Assembly (NCBI GenBank): GCA_964291675.2
Contig: OZ219866.1
Coordinates: 3,232,001 to 3,296,000, forward strand
From: Alphaproteobacteria bacterium
GTDB lineage: Bacteria; Pseudomonadota; Alphaproteobacteria; MPNO01
Length of the DNA: 64,000 nt
Reading direction: 5' to 3'
Shown: in pieces, positions 1 to 9,842 of the stretch
How positions within the stretch are numbered: the first letter of the stretch is position 1
Layout of the letters: each line of letters starts with the position of its first letter
Notes under the pieces: generated by a model
What the model saw: only the letters and a program-made list of their open reading frames with translations
Database searches by the model: none
What the model was told of the DNA's origin: nothing
Position numbers and translations under genes: made by a program

Positions 1-1
1 C

Positions 2-136
2 CCGTTCCGCAGGAACGACGAGCTGCTGAACCTGCTGCCGAAGGGCGTCATCGCGTTCCCCGGCTCCGGGATCACCGGAAACCTCGTCGACAAGGCGAGG
101 CAGCTGGGCATACCCGTGTATTCCGTCGCGGCGTGA
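2..136 (+). CDS. 3' end of DUF2493 / YspA-like SLOG-family protein (partial, runs off window)
   Basis: Frame 2 reads PFRRNDELLNLLPKGVIAFPGSGITGNLVDKARQLGIPVYSVAA*. The RN...IAFPG.G.T...V.KA...GIPV pattern is typical of DUF2493 genes on alphaproteobacterial mobile elements. Confidence 0.75.
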   Translation, partial: PFRRNDELLNLLPKGVIAFPGSGITGNLVDKARQLGIPVYSVAA

Positions 137-160
137 TGCGGCACTTCCCCCTCTCCCGGG

Positions 161-818
161 AGCCGGTCCTCGCAAACGTGAGGACCGGCTCCCCCCTTTT
201 GCTCCGTTGCCAGAGCCGCGCATCGACGCTGAGCGTCCGGCGCGGCGCTTCGCGCCGGCGCCGGGCGCTCGCCGGTCGTTCCTCTCCAGCGGCTGTCCCT
301 CCCTTCTCAGCGCGGCGGCTCGCCGTTCTGCGAACGGCATATCGCCGCCGCGCTTCGCGCGCCGCCATCGGCCCCGTATCAGCTCTTCCTTCTCCCCGAA
401 CCCGCATTGGACGCCGCCACCGTTCCGTTTGTGGCGGCCCTGGTGGGGCATTCCCCGAACCCTGTCGCTTGTAGCACAACTTCCATTGTCCCCGGTGACG
501 GCCTGCCGTCGTCCGCGCCGTCGGTCGAAAGGGTTGGGCGCCCGCCCGGTCCTTCGGACCGGTCGCCGGGCTCTATTCCGCCGGGCGCGGCTTCGCCACG
601 CCCGGCTCCACGAAGCCCGCTTCGCGGTCTTCGCCGTTCGGTGACGATCCCTGGCGCTTGCCGGTGCGGACGACAGGGCCCCGTCCTTCCGCCGCCGTGG
701 CTCGGTCGCTCCGCTCCCATCGCCGGCGGCTCTCCCCGATACCTTGTCCAGTCGCCTCGCCGCCCTTCGGCGGCTCGCCTTCCCCCATGGCCTCGCAACA
801 GGCTCGGCGCTTCGCGCC
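161..818. repeat. Cluster of GC-rich hairpins with TTC/GAA loops next to the oriT region
   Basis: Stem-loops centred on GCTTCGC (247, 352, 590, 619, 809) and CCTTCGG (551, 764), plus gccggtcctc-N8-gaggaccggc at ~162-189. Confidence 0.6.
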
Positions 819-1249
819 ATCGCTCTCTCCCACACCGTCATCGAAGATGAACAGCAGCGCTCCCTGCGCCATCGTATTCAGGCCTGCCGCGATCCCGATC
901 GTCCTCGTCGAACACGCAGTGTTCCGCGCTCCCGCGCTCAACTCGTCCAGCCGCTCTCCCCGCCCAGGGTCGTCTTGAGACCAAGCCCGCCCGGCCCGAT
1001 GCGACGTTCTGTCAACGCTCACTCCGATCACGTGACCGTCACGCGCTCCGCCTCTTGCTCGAGCTTGCGCTCTCGCAAGCGGCCTCGCTCTCATTCGAGG
1101 TCCCGCATCAACGGGATCGGTTTCTCCGGATCGTTCCCCATTGCCTCTGCCTCGACCCCCGCTCCAATGGACGGCGTCGCCACTGGAATCGGAGCCCTCA
1201 CGACGAATTTCTCCACCTGAATCGCATTGACGACCAATTTTTTTCGCCG

Positions 1250-1590
1250 TGGTAACGCGTAGCCAAGCCCATACATGTGGTGACTACGTTCCCCGGAGGC
1301 CCCACATATGGTGTTCGCAATGAGGACCGTGCTATGCAGGCAGCATGCTTCGTCGGAAACAAGTCACTGAAAAAGGCAGCTTCTCACACCTGTGCATGCT
1401 GGCGCATGCGGGAGCGAGCCGGAGCCACGGAATCGGCCCACGGGGACGGCACACCACAACACCTATACAAGGATTTTCCGAGCTTTGTCGGGTCGCTTCA
1501 GCCGGTTGCTGAGAGGCTGTGCGTGCCGGATCGCATGAACACCGTCCCGGCAGGAATGGGCACGCACACCAGTCGCCAGCGGGCGGGTGC
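1250..1590. promoter_or_regulatory. Candidate oriT / relaxase promoter region
   Basis: Lower-GC non-coding stretch directly upstream of the MobF relaxase. Imperfect inverted repeats (cgtagcca...tgactacg; catgtgg...ccacatatgg) and a GT-rich minus-strand tract GTATAGGTGTTGTGGTGTG (~1450-1468) loosely resemble MOB-F nic sites. Confidence 0.45.
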
Positions 1591-1593
1591 GCC

Positions 1594-4500
1594 ATGGTAG
1601 CCACCATCGGCCAGATGGCGTCGGCGGAGTACTACCTGGAGAGCCAGCGCTCGTTCCGCCATCCCAACGAGTACTACACGGCGGGCGAGGAGCCGGACGG
1701 CACCTGGTTCAACCCCAGGGGCCTGCTCGGGCTGGAGGACGGGCAGAAGGTGGATTCCGGCCACTTCCACCGCCTCTACTCGGGCTTCTCTCCCGACGGC
1801 TCGGACAAGCTGGTACAGCGGGCCGGCAACCCGGCGCGCTCTCCCGGCGTCGACCTGACGTTCTCGGTGGACAAGAGCGTGTCGTCGCTCTGGGCCCTCG
1901 CCGAGCCGCAGATGCGCCAAGAAATCGAGGCGATGGCGGTGGCCGCCGCCAGGGCGGCGATCGAGGACACCGTGTTCAGGTATTGCGCCTACACCCGTGT
2001 CGGCAGCAACGGCGTGACCCGTCCTTCGGAGGCCGACCTCATGGGAGCCACCTTCGTGCACGGCACGAGCCGGGAGAACGACCCGCAGCTTCACGTCCAC
2101 TGCACGATCTTCAACCTCGCGAGGACCCGGGAGGACGGCAGGTGGCGGGCGCATCACCAGTACCCGGTCTACAGCTGGAAGAAGGCGGCGGGTGCGCTGT
2201 TCCGCGCGTACATGGCCTGGGACCTGCAACAGAACCTGGGCGTGCGCATGGATCAGTACGGTCCCAACGCCGAGTTCACCCGTATCGAGGGGATGCCGGA
2301 GGATTTGCAGTCCTTCTGGTCGAAGCGGCGTAAGGCCATCGTCGCCAAGGCCGGGGAGCTGGGCATTCCCTCGCTCGGCAACGCTTCGCGCATGGCGGGC
2401 GTGAACAAGCTGACCAGGGCGGGCAAGTCACATGACAACGACCCCGAGGTCCGTCACCGCCGCTGGCGCGAGGAAGCGCAAGACTATGTCGAGCGCGAGG
2501 CGCTGATCCGGTCCGTGACAGGCCATAAGGTCGAGATCGGGCGAGAACGGATCCGGGAGCTGACCGACAGGCTCGACGATCTTCCTGCCCACCTTGCGCG
2601 TGAGGAAGCCGTGTTCCGGCGCCCGGACATGGTGGAGGCGGCGGCGAACGCGGCAGCGGGACTGCTGGGCCGGGACGCGGTGGGGACGGCCATCGAGCGG
2701 CTGCGGCGCAACCCGGAGATCGAGCGGCTGGAGCCCAAGAAGCCGACGGCGGAGTCCCTGGCCGGCATGGCTCACACCGAGGTCTACTCCACCCGCCATA
2801 ACCTCGGCCTGGAGCAGGCGGTCAAGGACATGGCCGAGGCCATGGCGGCCGACACCGGCCACGGCCTGCCGGAACAGGCGGTCAAGGAGAAGGTGGAGAC
2901 CCTGCTTGAACGGGGCTATCCGCTGAGCCAGGAGCAGTCGCTGGCGATCCGCCACGCCACCGCGAGGGGCGGCCGGGTCGCGGTGATCGAGGGCGCGGCG
3001 GGCTCGGGCAAGACCACCACCTTGAGGCCCATCACCGACCTTCACAGGGAGCACGGCTACGAGATCGTGCCGACGGCGGTGGCCTGGCGGACGGCGGTGG
3101 CGCTGGGCGACGACTGCGACGCGCGCGCCTACTGCGTCGACAAGCTCCTCAAGCTCGCGGCCAAGGGACAGATCGAGATTGGCGCCAAGACCCTGATCGT
3201 GGTGGACGAGGCGGGGATGCTGTCGACCCGCCAGGCCCATCACATCCTTCAGCTCTCCGAGCGCCACGGCGCCAAGGTGGTGTTCGCCGGCGACACGCGC
3301 CAGCAGCAGCCGGTGGAGGCGGGGCCGGGGTTGAGATTGATCCGCGACGTGGCGGGCAGCGTGCGCGTCGACCGCATCCGGCGCCAGAAGGCGGACCTGG
3401 AGGACGTGCTCGTCCATGTTCACGAGGAGACGCCGGAGCAGGCGCGCTTCCGGGCGGGGCTCACGAACCCGCAGGAGCGTGACGCCATCATGGCCGGCTA
3501 CGAGGCGACGGACCGCAAGCCGGTGTTCACCCCGTGGCAGGTGGCGGTGTCGGAGGCGCTTCGAGACGGCGAGGCCGGGAAAGCCATCGAGGCGTGGCAT
3601 TTGCGGGGCCGCCTTCATCTCTGTCACGACGAGGAGAAGACCCTGGCGAAGCTGGTGGACGACTGGGCGCGGCACGTCAAGGCCGAGCCGGACTCGTCCG
3701 CCGTCGTTCTCGCGCGCACGCGGGCGGAGACGCGCGCGCTGTCGTGGCTGATGCGGGAGCGGGTGCTCGGCAAGACGCCCGATGCGGAGCGCGCCGTCAT
3801 CGAGGTGAGCCGCGAGGTGGACGGGCGCAAGACGGAGCCTCTGGAGATCGCCGTCGGCGACCGGTTGCGCATCGGGGCGACGCAGTGGGAGAAGCTGCTC
3901 TTCAACGGCACCGTGGTCACCGTCGAGCGCATAGAGATGCACCGGGAGGTGCAGCGGGCAGCAGACCCTGCGGTGTCGGACACGGCGGTGTCCCGCAAGG
4001 CCCGGAACCGGCGAGCCGGCGGGGCCGCCGGGCGCGGGGCCGGGACGGAGGCGAGAGACCGCAAGCCCGGAGAGGACGAACCCTCCCTTCTGATCACCGC
4101 CCGCACGGATGATGGGCGCAAGGTGACGTTCCGCCACGACGAGATCCGCGATTTTCACGGCAACGTCCGCCTCGACTACGGCTATGCCATGACCATCGCC
4201 TCCGCCCAGGGGCTCACCGTGGACAGGGCCTTCCTGCTGGTGGACGACCGGCCGGCGCGGGAGACGATCTACCCGGCCGCGACCCGGCACCGGGAGGGGA
4301 TCGACGTCTACGTCAACCGCTCACCCATCGCCTTCGACATCGCCGAGCGGCGGCCGGAGGACAATGCCGACATGCCGGTGACGGACTCGGAAGTCCGCGG
4401 GTATCTGGCCGAGCGCTGGTCGCGCTCCGAGCCCAAGGAGGCGGCGCTCGACTACGTCGCGGGCGGCGCATGGCGCGATCCCCGGGAAGCGGCGCGCAAC

Positions 4501-5691
4501 AGCCGGGCCCGCCCGGACGGCATGCGGCAGGCCGGCACGGCCCAGGCCAACGCCGCCGCGAACGACAACGCGCTGGACCGCATCGCGGGCGAGATCCGCT
4601 ACGCCGTCAACGGCTGGCGTCACGGCGCTGCCGTCGACGCATTCGCGGCCGAGCGGGCCGAAGTTCTGGCCGCCTGGGACGACCTCCGCGCGCGCGTCCG
4701 GGACGAGGGCGAGGCGATCGCGCTCAGCCCGGCCTTCCGCGAGACCCTCGACCGCCACGGCGCGCTGATGAAGCAGGCCGCGTCCTTCACGGCCCGCCCC
4801 CGGACCTTCGAGCGGCTTCTCTCCGAGCGCGCCGGGATCGGCGACGGCGAGCTGCGGGAGCTGCGCGACGTGCATGCCCGGGCCGGCAGCTACCTCCGCT
4901 CCGCCGCCGCCAGGGCGGCGCACACACGGCAGAACACGGAGGGAGCGAGCGAGCAGGCGCGCCAGGACACCGAGACGGAGAGCGAGCACGCGCGTCGGGA
5001 CGGGGAACCGGCTCCCGAGCCCGCACGGCAGACCGCATCCACCGCAGAGACCGCCCATACCGACCGGCCTGCCGCGCAGACGAGCCGGGATACCGGCGCC
5101 GACGCCGCTCCGGTCAGGCCGGCCGCCGAGGCGCCCGCGCGGAGCGAGGCGTCCGGCCCGGACCTGTCCCGGGCGGCCTATCGCCGGCTCCGGCGCAACT
5201 GGCAGGCGCACCTCGACCGGGCCGGGAGGCAGGGCGAGCATCGCTTCGACCTCGACGGCGCCAACGCGCTCATCGAGCGCATCGCCGCCTTCTCCGGGAG
5301 CCAGTGGCTTGCCGCAGAGGCGCGCGCGCGTCTGGAGGAGATCGTCGGGCAGTACCGGGCGCACGCCGCGGCGCGCGAGAGGGTGCGCGGCTTCCTGCGC
5401 GACGTGGAACGCCACTGGCTGCGCTACCGGACCATTACCCACCGCGAACGCGACCTCGACATCCCGCGCCAGGAGCAGCGCTCCTGGCCGATCTGGCTGG
5501 ACCGGAACGAAAGCCTGCTGCGGGAGGGCCGCGCGATCCTCGACGACTTCGCGACCTACCGCGCCCATCTCGACCGCGTCGAAGACGGGCGCGAGCGCCT
5601 GCCGGCAGAGGTCTCCCGGCTGGAACGGTTCTCGTCGGCGTACCGCACGCAGTCCCGGTCCCGCGACAGCGGGCGCTCGTGGAGCATGTGA
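1594..5691 (+). CDS. MobF/TrwC-family conjugative relaxase with RecD-like helicase domain
   Basis: N-terminal AEYYL...NEYYT tyrosine pairs, DLTFS.DKSVS, HUH triad HGTSRENDPQLHVH, helicase motifs GAAGSGKTT, VDEAGM, FAGD..Q, YAMT...AQG.TVD. ATG at 1594 preferred over 1519. Confidence 0.93.
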   Translation: MVATIGQMASAEYYLESQRSFRHPNEYYTAGEEPDGTWFNPRGLLGLEDGQKVDSGHFHRLYSGFSPDGSDKLVQRAGNPARSPGVDLTFSVDKSVSSLWALAEPQMRQEIEAMAVAAARAAIEDTVFRYCAYTRVGSNGVTRPSEADLMGATFVHGTSRENDPQLHVHCTIFNLARTREDGRWRAHHQYPVYSWKKAAGALFRAYMAWDLQQNLGVRMDQYGPNAEFTRIEGMPEDLQSFWSKRRKAIVAKAGELGIPSLGNASRMAGVNKLTRAGKSHDNDPEVRHRRWREEAQDYVEREALIRSVTGHKVEIGRERIRELTDRLDDLPAHLAREEAVFRRPDMVEAAANAAAGLLGRDAVGTAIERLRRNPEIERLEPKKPTAESLAGMAHTEVYSTRHNLGLEQAVKDMAEAMAADTGHGLPEQAVKEKVETLLERGYPLSQEQSLAIRHATARGGRVAVIEGAAGSGKTTTLRPITDLHREHGYEIVPTAVAWRTAVALGDDCDARAYCVDKLLKLAAKGQIEIGAKTLIVVDEAGMLSTRQAHHILQLSERHGAKVVFAGDTRQQQPVEAGPGLRLIRDVAGSVRVDRIRRQKADLEDVLVHVHEETPEQARFRAGLTNPQERDAIMAGYEATDRKPVFTPWQVAVSEALRDGEAGKAIEAWHLRGRLHLCHDEEKTLAKLVDDWARHVKAEPDSSAVVLARTRAETRALSWLMRERVLGKTPDAERAVIEVSREVDGRKTEPLEIAVGDRLRIGATQWEKLLFNGTVVTVERIEMHREVQRAADPAVSDTAVSRKARNRRAGGAAGRGAGTEARDRKPGEDEPSLLITARTDDGRKVTFRHDEIRDFHGNVRLDYGYAMTIASAQGLTVDRAFLLVDDRPARETIYPAATRHREGIDVYVNRSPIAFDIAERRPEDNADMPVTDSEVRGYLAERWSRSEPKEAALDYVAGGAWRDPREAARNSRARPDGMRQAGTAQANAAANDNALDRIAGEIRYAVNGWRHGAAVDAFAAERAEVLAAWDDLRARVRDEGEAIALSPAFRETLDRHGALMKQAASFTARPRTFERLLSERAGIGDGELRELRDVHARAGSYLRSAAARAAHTRQNTEGASEQARQDTETESEHARRDGEPAPEPARQTASTAETAHTDRPAAQTSRDTGADAAPVRPAAEAPARSEASGPDLSRAAYRRLRRNWQAHLDRAGRQGEHRFDLDGANALIERIAAFSGSQWLAAEARARLEEIVGQYRAHAAARERVRGFLRDVERHWLRYRTITHRERDLDIPRQEQRSWPIWLDRNESLLREGRAILDDFATYRAHLDRVEDGRERLPAEVSRLERFSSAYRTQSRSRDSGRSWSM

Positions 5692-5744
5692 GCGCTATGG
5701 GAGAGAGCGGAACGTCCCGGCAATTGTCCGGCGCGAGTGGGGCA

Positions 5745-6472
5745 CTATGACCCGCCGCTCACCAGAACCCCGTAGCCGCCGTTCATCAGCCAGAGCGCGC
5801 GCTTCACCCGCCAGCGCACCCGCGCCTTCATCGAGCCGTCGCGCGACCAGTCCGCGGCAACCCGCCGCCTGCCGTAGAGCTCGATCGCGATCCCGCGCAG
5901 GCTGCGGCCGGCGAGCCTCGCGTCGAGCACCCTCAGCAGCTCCTCGTCGGGGATGCGGAGACGCCGCCTGTCCCGTCTTTTTTGGTCTCGACCGCCGCGA
6001 CCGGCCACAGGTCCCCGGCCCCGTGCAGGCGCACGCCAAGGTCGAGCCCGGTGGCCAGGCCGATCAGCACCCCACCCGCCGGATCGAACTTTTGGCCGTC
6101 ATCGATCCGGATCTGCAAGGATGCCTCGCCCTGCTCGACCTTGACCGCCGCGCCCCCGTCCGCGAGACGCAGCCCCGACAACCGCACCCCCGGCCCCGCC
6201 AGCAGCGCCGTCAGCGGCGGCGCCCCGGGCACGGGGATGCCCCGCAGCGCCGGCGCCTCCGTCCAGAAGGGGGAACCCTCCTCGGCGAGCGGATCCTCCC
6301 ACGCCATCAGTCCCCATGCCGCCGCCGCGCGGTCCGCGGGCGACTGCGTTCGCATCGGAAGCGGTCCGCTCTCCGCCGGCGGCATGGTGTCGGCCGCCGC
6401 CTCCCATTCAGCCGCGTAGTCCGGGTTCCGCTTCAGGAACCGCCAGGCCCTCCCCGCTCCGGTATTGCTCAT
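5745..6472 (-). CDS. FseA-like transcriptional activator (DUF6499 + DUF2285) split by a -1 frameshift at an A6 run
   Basis: 6472-5933 has AWRFLKRNPDY...WGL (DUF6499/Msi172-like) with SD GGAGGAGG. The overlapping -1 frame encodes LRVLDARLAGRSLRGIAIELYG...WS.DGSMKARVRWRVKRA..LMNGGY (DUF2285 HTH). Confidence 0.8.
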
Positions 6473-6621
6473 GATCCTCCTCCTTCGGGTTGCCCTCTCA
6501 CGCAAAGGACCCCGGCCCCTGCCTCCCGCGTGGGAGGACCGGGACCGGGGTCCGGTGGAATAGCCGGCTCAACGCCGTTCCATGGATGTGAACGGAACCG
6601 CGGCGCGCCGCGCGCCGCGCC

Positions 6622-9600
6622 TCACCAGCGCATCGCGCCCCTGAGCATCACCCCGTGCACCGGTGGATCGGCGTCGTTCGCGGGCTCGCTCCGCGTCGCG
6701 TCGAGGCTCACCTCGAAGCCCCCGGCGCTCGCACGAGCCGGCGCGAGCCGCCAGCCGATGCGCCAGTCGCGCGCGCCGCCGTCCGACAGCCCGAAGCCGA
6801 GGTTGGGCGTGCCGGTGAAGGCGCCGCCGAACGCAGGCCACCCGTAGCCGATCTCGCCCTCCAGACGGCGCGACGCATGGAAGCCGCTCGAGCCGTCCTC
6901 GCCCTCGGCGGGCGCAAGGCCCACCAGCGTCTCGCGCCCGAGCAACGCGTCCATCCCGCCCGAAGGCGTGCCGCCCCAGCTCTGGGTCAAGGTCAGCGAG
7001 AGGCCCCGGCCGCTCTCCGGGCGGGGATCCCAGCCGAAGGACGCGCCCGCGCCCCACTCGCGGAAGCCCTCCGCCTGGTGCGCAACCAGCGCCCGCGCCC
7101 GGGCTTCAAAGACCAGCCCGTGCCGCGAATCGGCGAACGCGAGGCCGCCGCCCATGTCGGCGCCCAGGCCCGTCTCCGCATCGCCCCCGTCGCGCCGTAT
7201 CCCGAGCTCGAAGGACGGGGTGAGCGTGGCGCCGTCCCCGCCCAGCGGGAAGGGCCGCGAGCCCTCGAGCCCCGCGCGAACCAGCCACGCGTCCGCGTCC
7301 GCCGCCGCCAGGTTGCCCGACGACGAGCGCACCGCCTCCGAAGACGTCCGGGTGAAACGCGCATCGCCCTTGAGCGCAAGCAGGAGACCGTCGCCGCCCT
7401 CCGGCCGCAGCACCTCGCTGCGCATCCCGGCCGCCCCCATCGTCATGGTGAGGTCCGCCGACAGGCCGGGCCCGTTCCCGCCCTCGGGCGCCTCGGGCGT
7501 CACCGTCACCTCGCCCGCGCCGTGACCCGCCGCCGCCCACAGCGAGAGGCGATCCGTCAGATCGATCCCCGCATAGGGGTAGAGGCCCGTCAGGGTGGCG
7601 TCGATGGCGCCGCCGCAGTTGGGAGCGCAGTCGCCGCCCCTGCGGTAGCCGCCCGCACCGGTGGAATGACCCACGGCCAGGCCCGCCGTCCAGCGTTCGC
7701 TCGCCCAGTCCGCGCCGATCAGGCCCGTGGTCACCTCGCCGTCCACCGTGAGCGATCCCTCGCGGCCGTCAAAGCCCGCGATCGAGCCCCAGCCCCACAG
7801 CGAGGCGAAGCCGCCGCCCTCCGAAGAGCCCCCGGTCAGCGCAAACGACGTGCCCAGCACGAAGTCGCGGCCGCTCAGCGCACGGGTCTCGAACTCACGC
7901 CCGTCCTCGTCGCCATGCCCGCCGAAGCCGGCCGCGCCCCGGCCGTCGGGACCCGTCTGCGACAACCACGCCGTCACCGCCGCCAGACCCGCGCGGGCCT
8001 CGGCATCCTCGCGCCGCTCCCGCGCCGCGTCGGCGTCCTCGTTCAGGGCCGCCGCTTCGCCGTCCCGCCACGACGGCAGCGCCTGGCCCGCGAGGCTCGC
8101 CTCCACGCCCGCCGCGCGCGGCGCGGACAAGCGCGCCTCCACCGCGTCGAGCACCTGGCCCGTCACCGTGCGCCCGAACCGCGCCAGCCACGCCTTCGGA
8201 ACGGGGTCGGAGTTGGTGATGGTCCCCGTCGCGCTCCCGTCCGCGATGGTCGCCCCCGCCGCGTTCGAGAGCGTCAGCGTCAGCGTCTCGCTGCCCTCGT
8301 CATGGGCATCGTCGAGCACCGCCACCGCCACCGTCTTCGCGCTCTCGCCCGCCGCAAAGGTCAGCGTTCCGGACGTGGCCGTGTAGTCCTCGCCCGCCGC
8401 CGCGCTCCCGTCCGACGTTGCATAGTCCACCGTCACTGTCCCGGTCGACGACCGGTCGAGCGTCACCACGAAGTCCAGCGTCGCATCCGTCCCTTCCTCC
8501 GCGCGCGCGTCCGCAACGGACAATGTCCCCGCCGAGGCCGCCGCGCCCGCGCGCACGAACACCGGCGAGAGCGCATAGATCCGGCGATGCAACTGCCGCT
8601 CGGTCGTCGTTCCCGGGTCGTTCAGCTCCACCCCGGCCACCTTCGCCCGGCCGATGGCGATGCGCCCGGCGCTGCCGAGCTCCAGCCCGTCCTGGCCCGT
8701 CCCGTCGCCCGCGCACCCGGTGAACACCCGCACCGAGCGCCCGGGCACCGCCTCGCCGCGCTCGTCGCGCGGCGCGTTGCTCGCCCAGCTCCCGTCGTAG
8801 AGGTCCCCATAGCCGTCGGCCACCTTGTCGCCGCCGAGCCAGTACACCGGAACCCCCGCGCCGGTCGTGCCCGTCTGGTCGCGCGCGTCCACCGCCGCCG
8901 TGCACACCAGCGCCCGGAACTTCGAGCCATGCTCGCGGATGGCCGCATGGCCCGCCGCCGCCAGGCTCCGGGCATGGCCGTCATATGACGAGATCCCCGA
9001 CGCCTCGGCGGTCCGGCTCTGCGACGTCACCACCAGCAGCCGGAAGCCCCCGCCGGGGCCGACGCCCGCCGGCAGCAGGGCCCAGTCGGCCGGGACCTCG
9101 ATCCCATCGATGCGCGGCACGACCGCCACCGGCGCCGCCGCGCGCGTCAGCACCCATTCGCGGAACTGCGTGCCGCCGTCCCGCAGCAGGCGCGCGCCCC
9201 CCGCGTCCGGAACCAGCACCAACAGCTTGGCGCCCTCCGCGCGGCGGTCCTCCCTGTTGAACACCGATACCGTGACCGGGCCCGCCGAGTCGAAATTGCG
9301 CCGGCCGAACTCGGCCCGCCACGTCCCGTCCGCCCCGCGATCCACCTTCGCGCCGTCGACCCGGATCTCGAAATGGTCCTCGTCCGCCGCCGCTTTGCCG
9401 GTCAGCCGCGGATCGGGCGATACCTCCGGATGCATCGCGAAGGTCACCGGAAAGCCGCCCCAGGTCAGCCCGCCCCCGGGCGCCAGGAAGGTGGCCGTCG
9501 CCTCGTCACCCACGTCGATCGCGCTGTCCGAAAGACGCACCTGCAGCGCCGGCGGCGGCGCCGTCGCATCCTCGATCGTGACATAGGCATGCTGGTAATC

Positions 9601-9783
9601 ACCAATTATTCTCAATCTGACCTGAGCTCCGCGGGACACACGAATGGCGAACCGTTCGTCGCCCTCGAGACGGCCGTCCGAATGTATGGCGACATTCGGA
9701 GCCGTCTCTGGTTGATTCACCGTCACCGAGACAAGCCCCTTGGCGGTCTTCTTGCAAGATTGCTGAGGGGCACCCCCCATCAC
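6622..9783 (-). CDS. Autotransporter-like adhesin (Calx-beta + lectin/endostatin-like domain + C-terminal beta-barrel), 5'-truncated
   Basis: Calx-beta motif LSVADA.AEEG...VTVDYAT.DGSA.AGEDY...GTLTF.AGE.KTV.V.VLDD..DEG.E; barrel linker PKAWLARFGRTV; terminal W. No signal peptide. The first ~30 codons derive from a transposon end. Confidence 0.8.
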   Translation of the reverse strand: MMGGAPQQSCKKTAKGLVSVTVNQPETAPNVAIHSDGRLEGDERFAIRVSRGAQVRLRIIGDYQHAYVTIEDATAPPPALQVRLSDSAIDVGDEATATFLAPGGGLTWGGFPVTFAMHPEVSPDPRLTGKAAADEDHFEIRVDGAKVDRGADGTWRAEFGRRNFDSAGPVTVSVFNREDRRAEGAKLLVLVPDAGGARLLRDGGTQFREWVLTRAAAPVAVVPRIDGIEVPADWALLPAGVGPGGGFRLLVVTSQSRTAEASGISSYDGHARSLAAAGHAAIREHGSKFRALVCTAAVDARDQTGTTGAGVPVYWLGGDKVADGYGDLYDGSWASNAPRDERGEAVPGRSVRVFTGCAGDGTGQDGLELGSAGRIAIGRAKVAGVELNDPGTTTERQLHRRIYALSPVFVRAGAAASAGTLSVADARAEEGTDATLDFVVTLDRSSTGTVTVDYATSDGSAAAGEDYTATSGTLTFAAGESAKTVAVAVLDDAHDEGSETLTLTLSNAAGATIADGSATGTITNSDPVPKAWLARFGRTVTGQVLDAVEARLSAPRAAGVEASLAGQALPSWRDGEAAALNEDADAARERREDAEARAGLAAVTAWLSQTGPDGRGAAGFGGHGDEDGREFETRALSGRDFVLGTSFALTGGSSEGGGFASLWGWGSIAGFDGREGSLTVDGEVTTGLIGADWASERWTAGLAVGHSTGAGGYRRGGDCAPNCGGAIDATLTGLYPYAGIDLTDRLSLWAAAGHGAGEVTVTPEAPEGGNGPGLSADLTMTMGAAGMRSEVLRPEGGDGLLLALKGDARFTRTSSEAVRSSSGNLAAADADAWLVRAGLEGSRPFPLGGDGATLTPSFELGIRRDGGDAETGLGADMGGGLAFADSRHGLVFEARARALVAHQAEGFREWGAGASFGWDPRPESGRGLSLTLTQSWGGTPSGGMDALLGRETLVGLAPAEGEDGSSGFHASRRLEGEIGYGWPAFGGAFTGTPNLGFGLSDGGARDWRIGWRLAPARASAGGFEVSLDATRSEPANDADPPVHGVMLRGAMRW

Positions 9784-9842
9784 CCATCAAATAACTTGAG
9801 CGGATTCCCCCGGAATCCCATCAAACAAACTGCGCCCTCTCA
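9689..9842 (-). mobile_element. Orphan end of a transposon related to the 20891-25299 element
   Basis: Aligns with 25148-25299 (shared gcgacatt...gtcaccgagacaagccc...ttcttgcaagat...agcggat...ctgcgcc..ctca). Its terminus TGAGAGGGCGCAGTTTGTTTGATGG matches the end at 20891 at 21/25. Confidence 0.8.

Noticed and set aside
573-1142. Possible traC/traD-like mobilisation genes divergent from the relaxase
   Set aside because: Only a faint AGL...GALL resemblance, with in-frame stops; cannot be supported without a profile search.
5977-5983. Canonical A_AAA_AAG -1 slippery heptamer
   Set aside because: The heptamer is present but not in the reading frame of the upstream ORF (codons are ACC AAA AAA GAC), so a classical dnaX-type signal is not claimed.
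6622-9783. Diversity-generating retroelement target (lectin-like domain)
   Set aside because: No reverse transcriptase and no template/variable repeat pair differing at adenines was seen.
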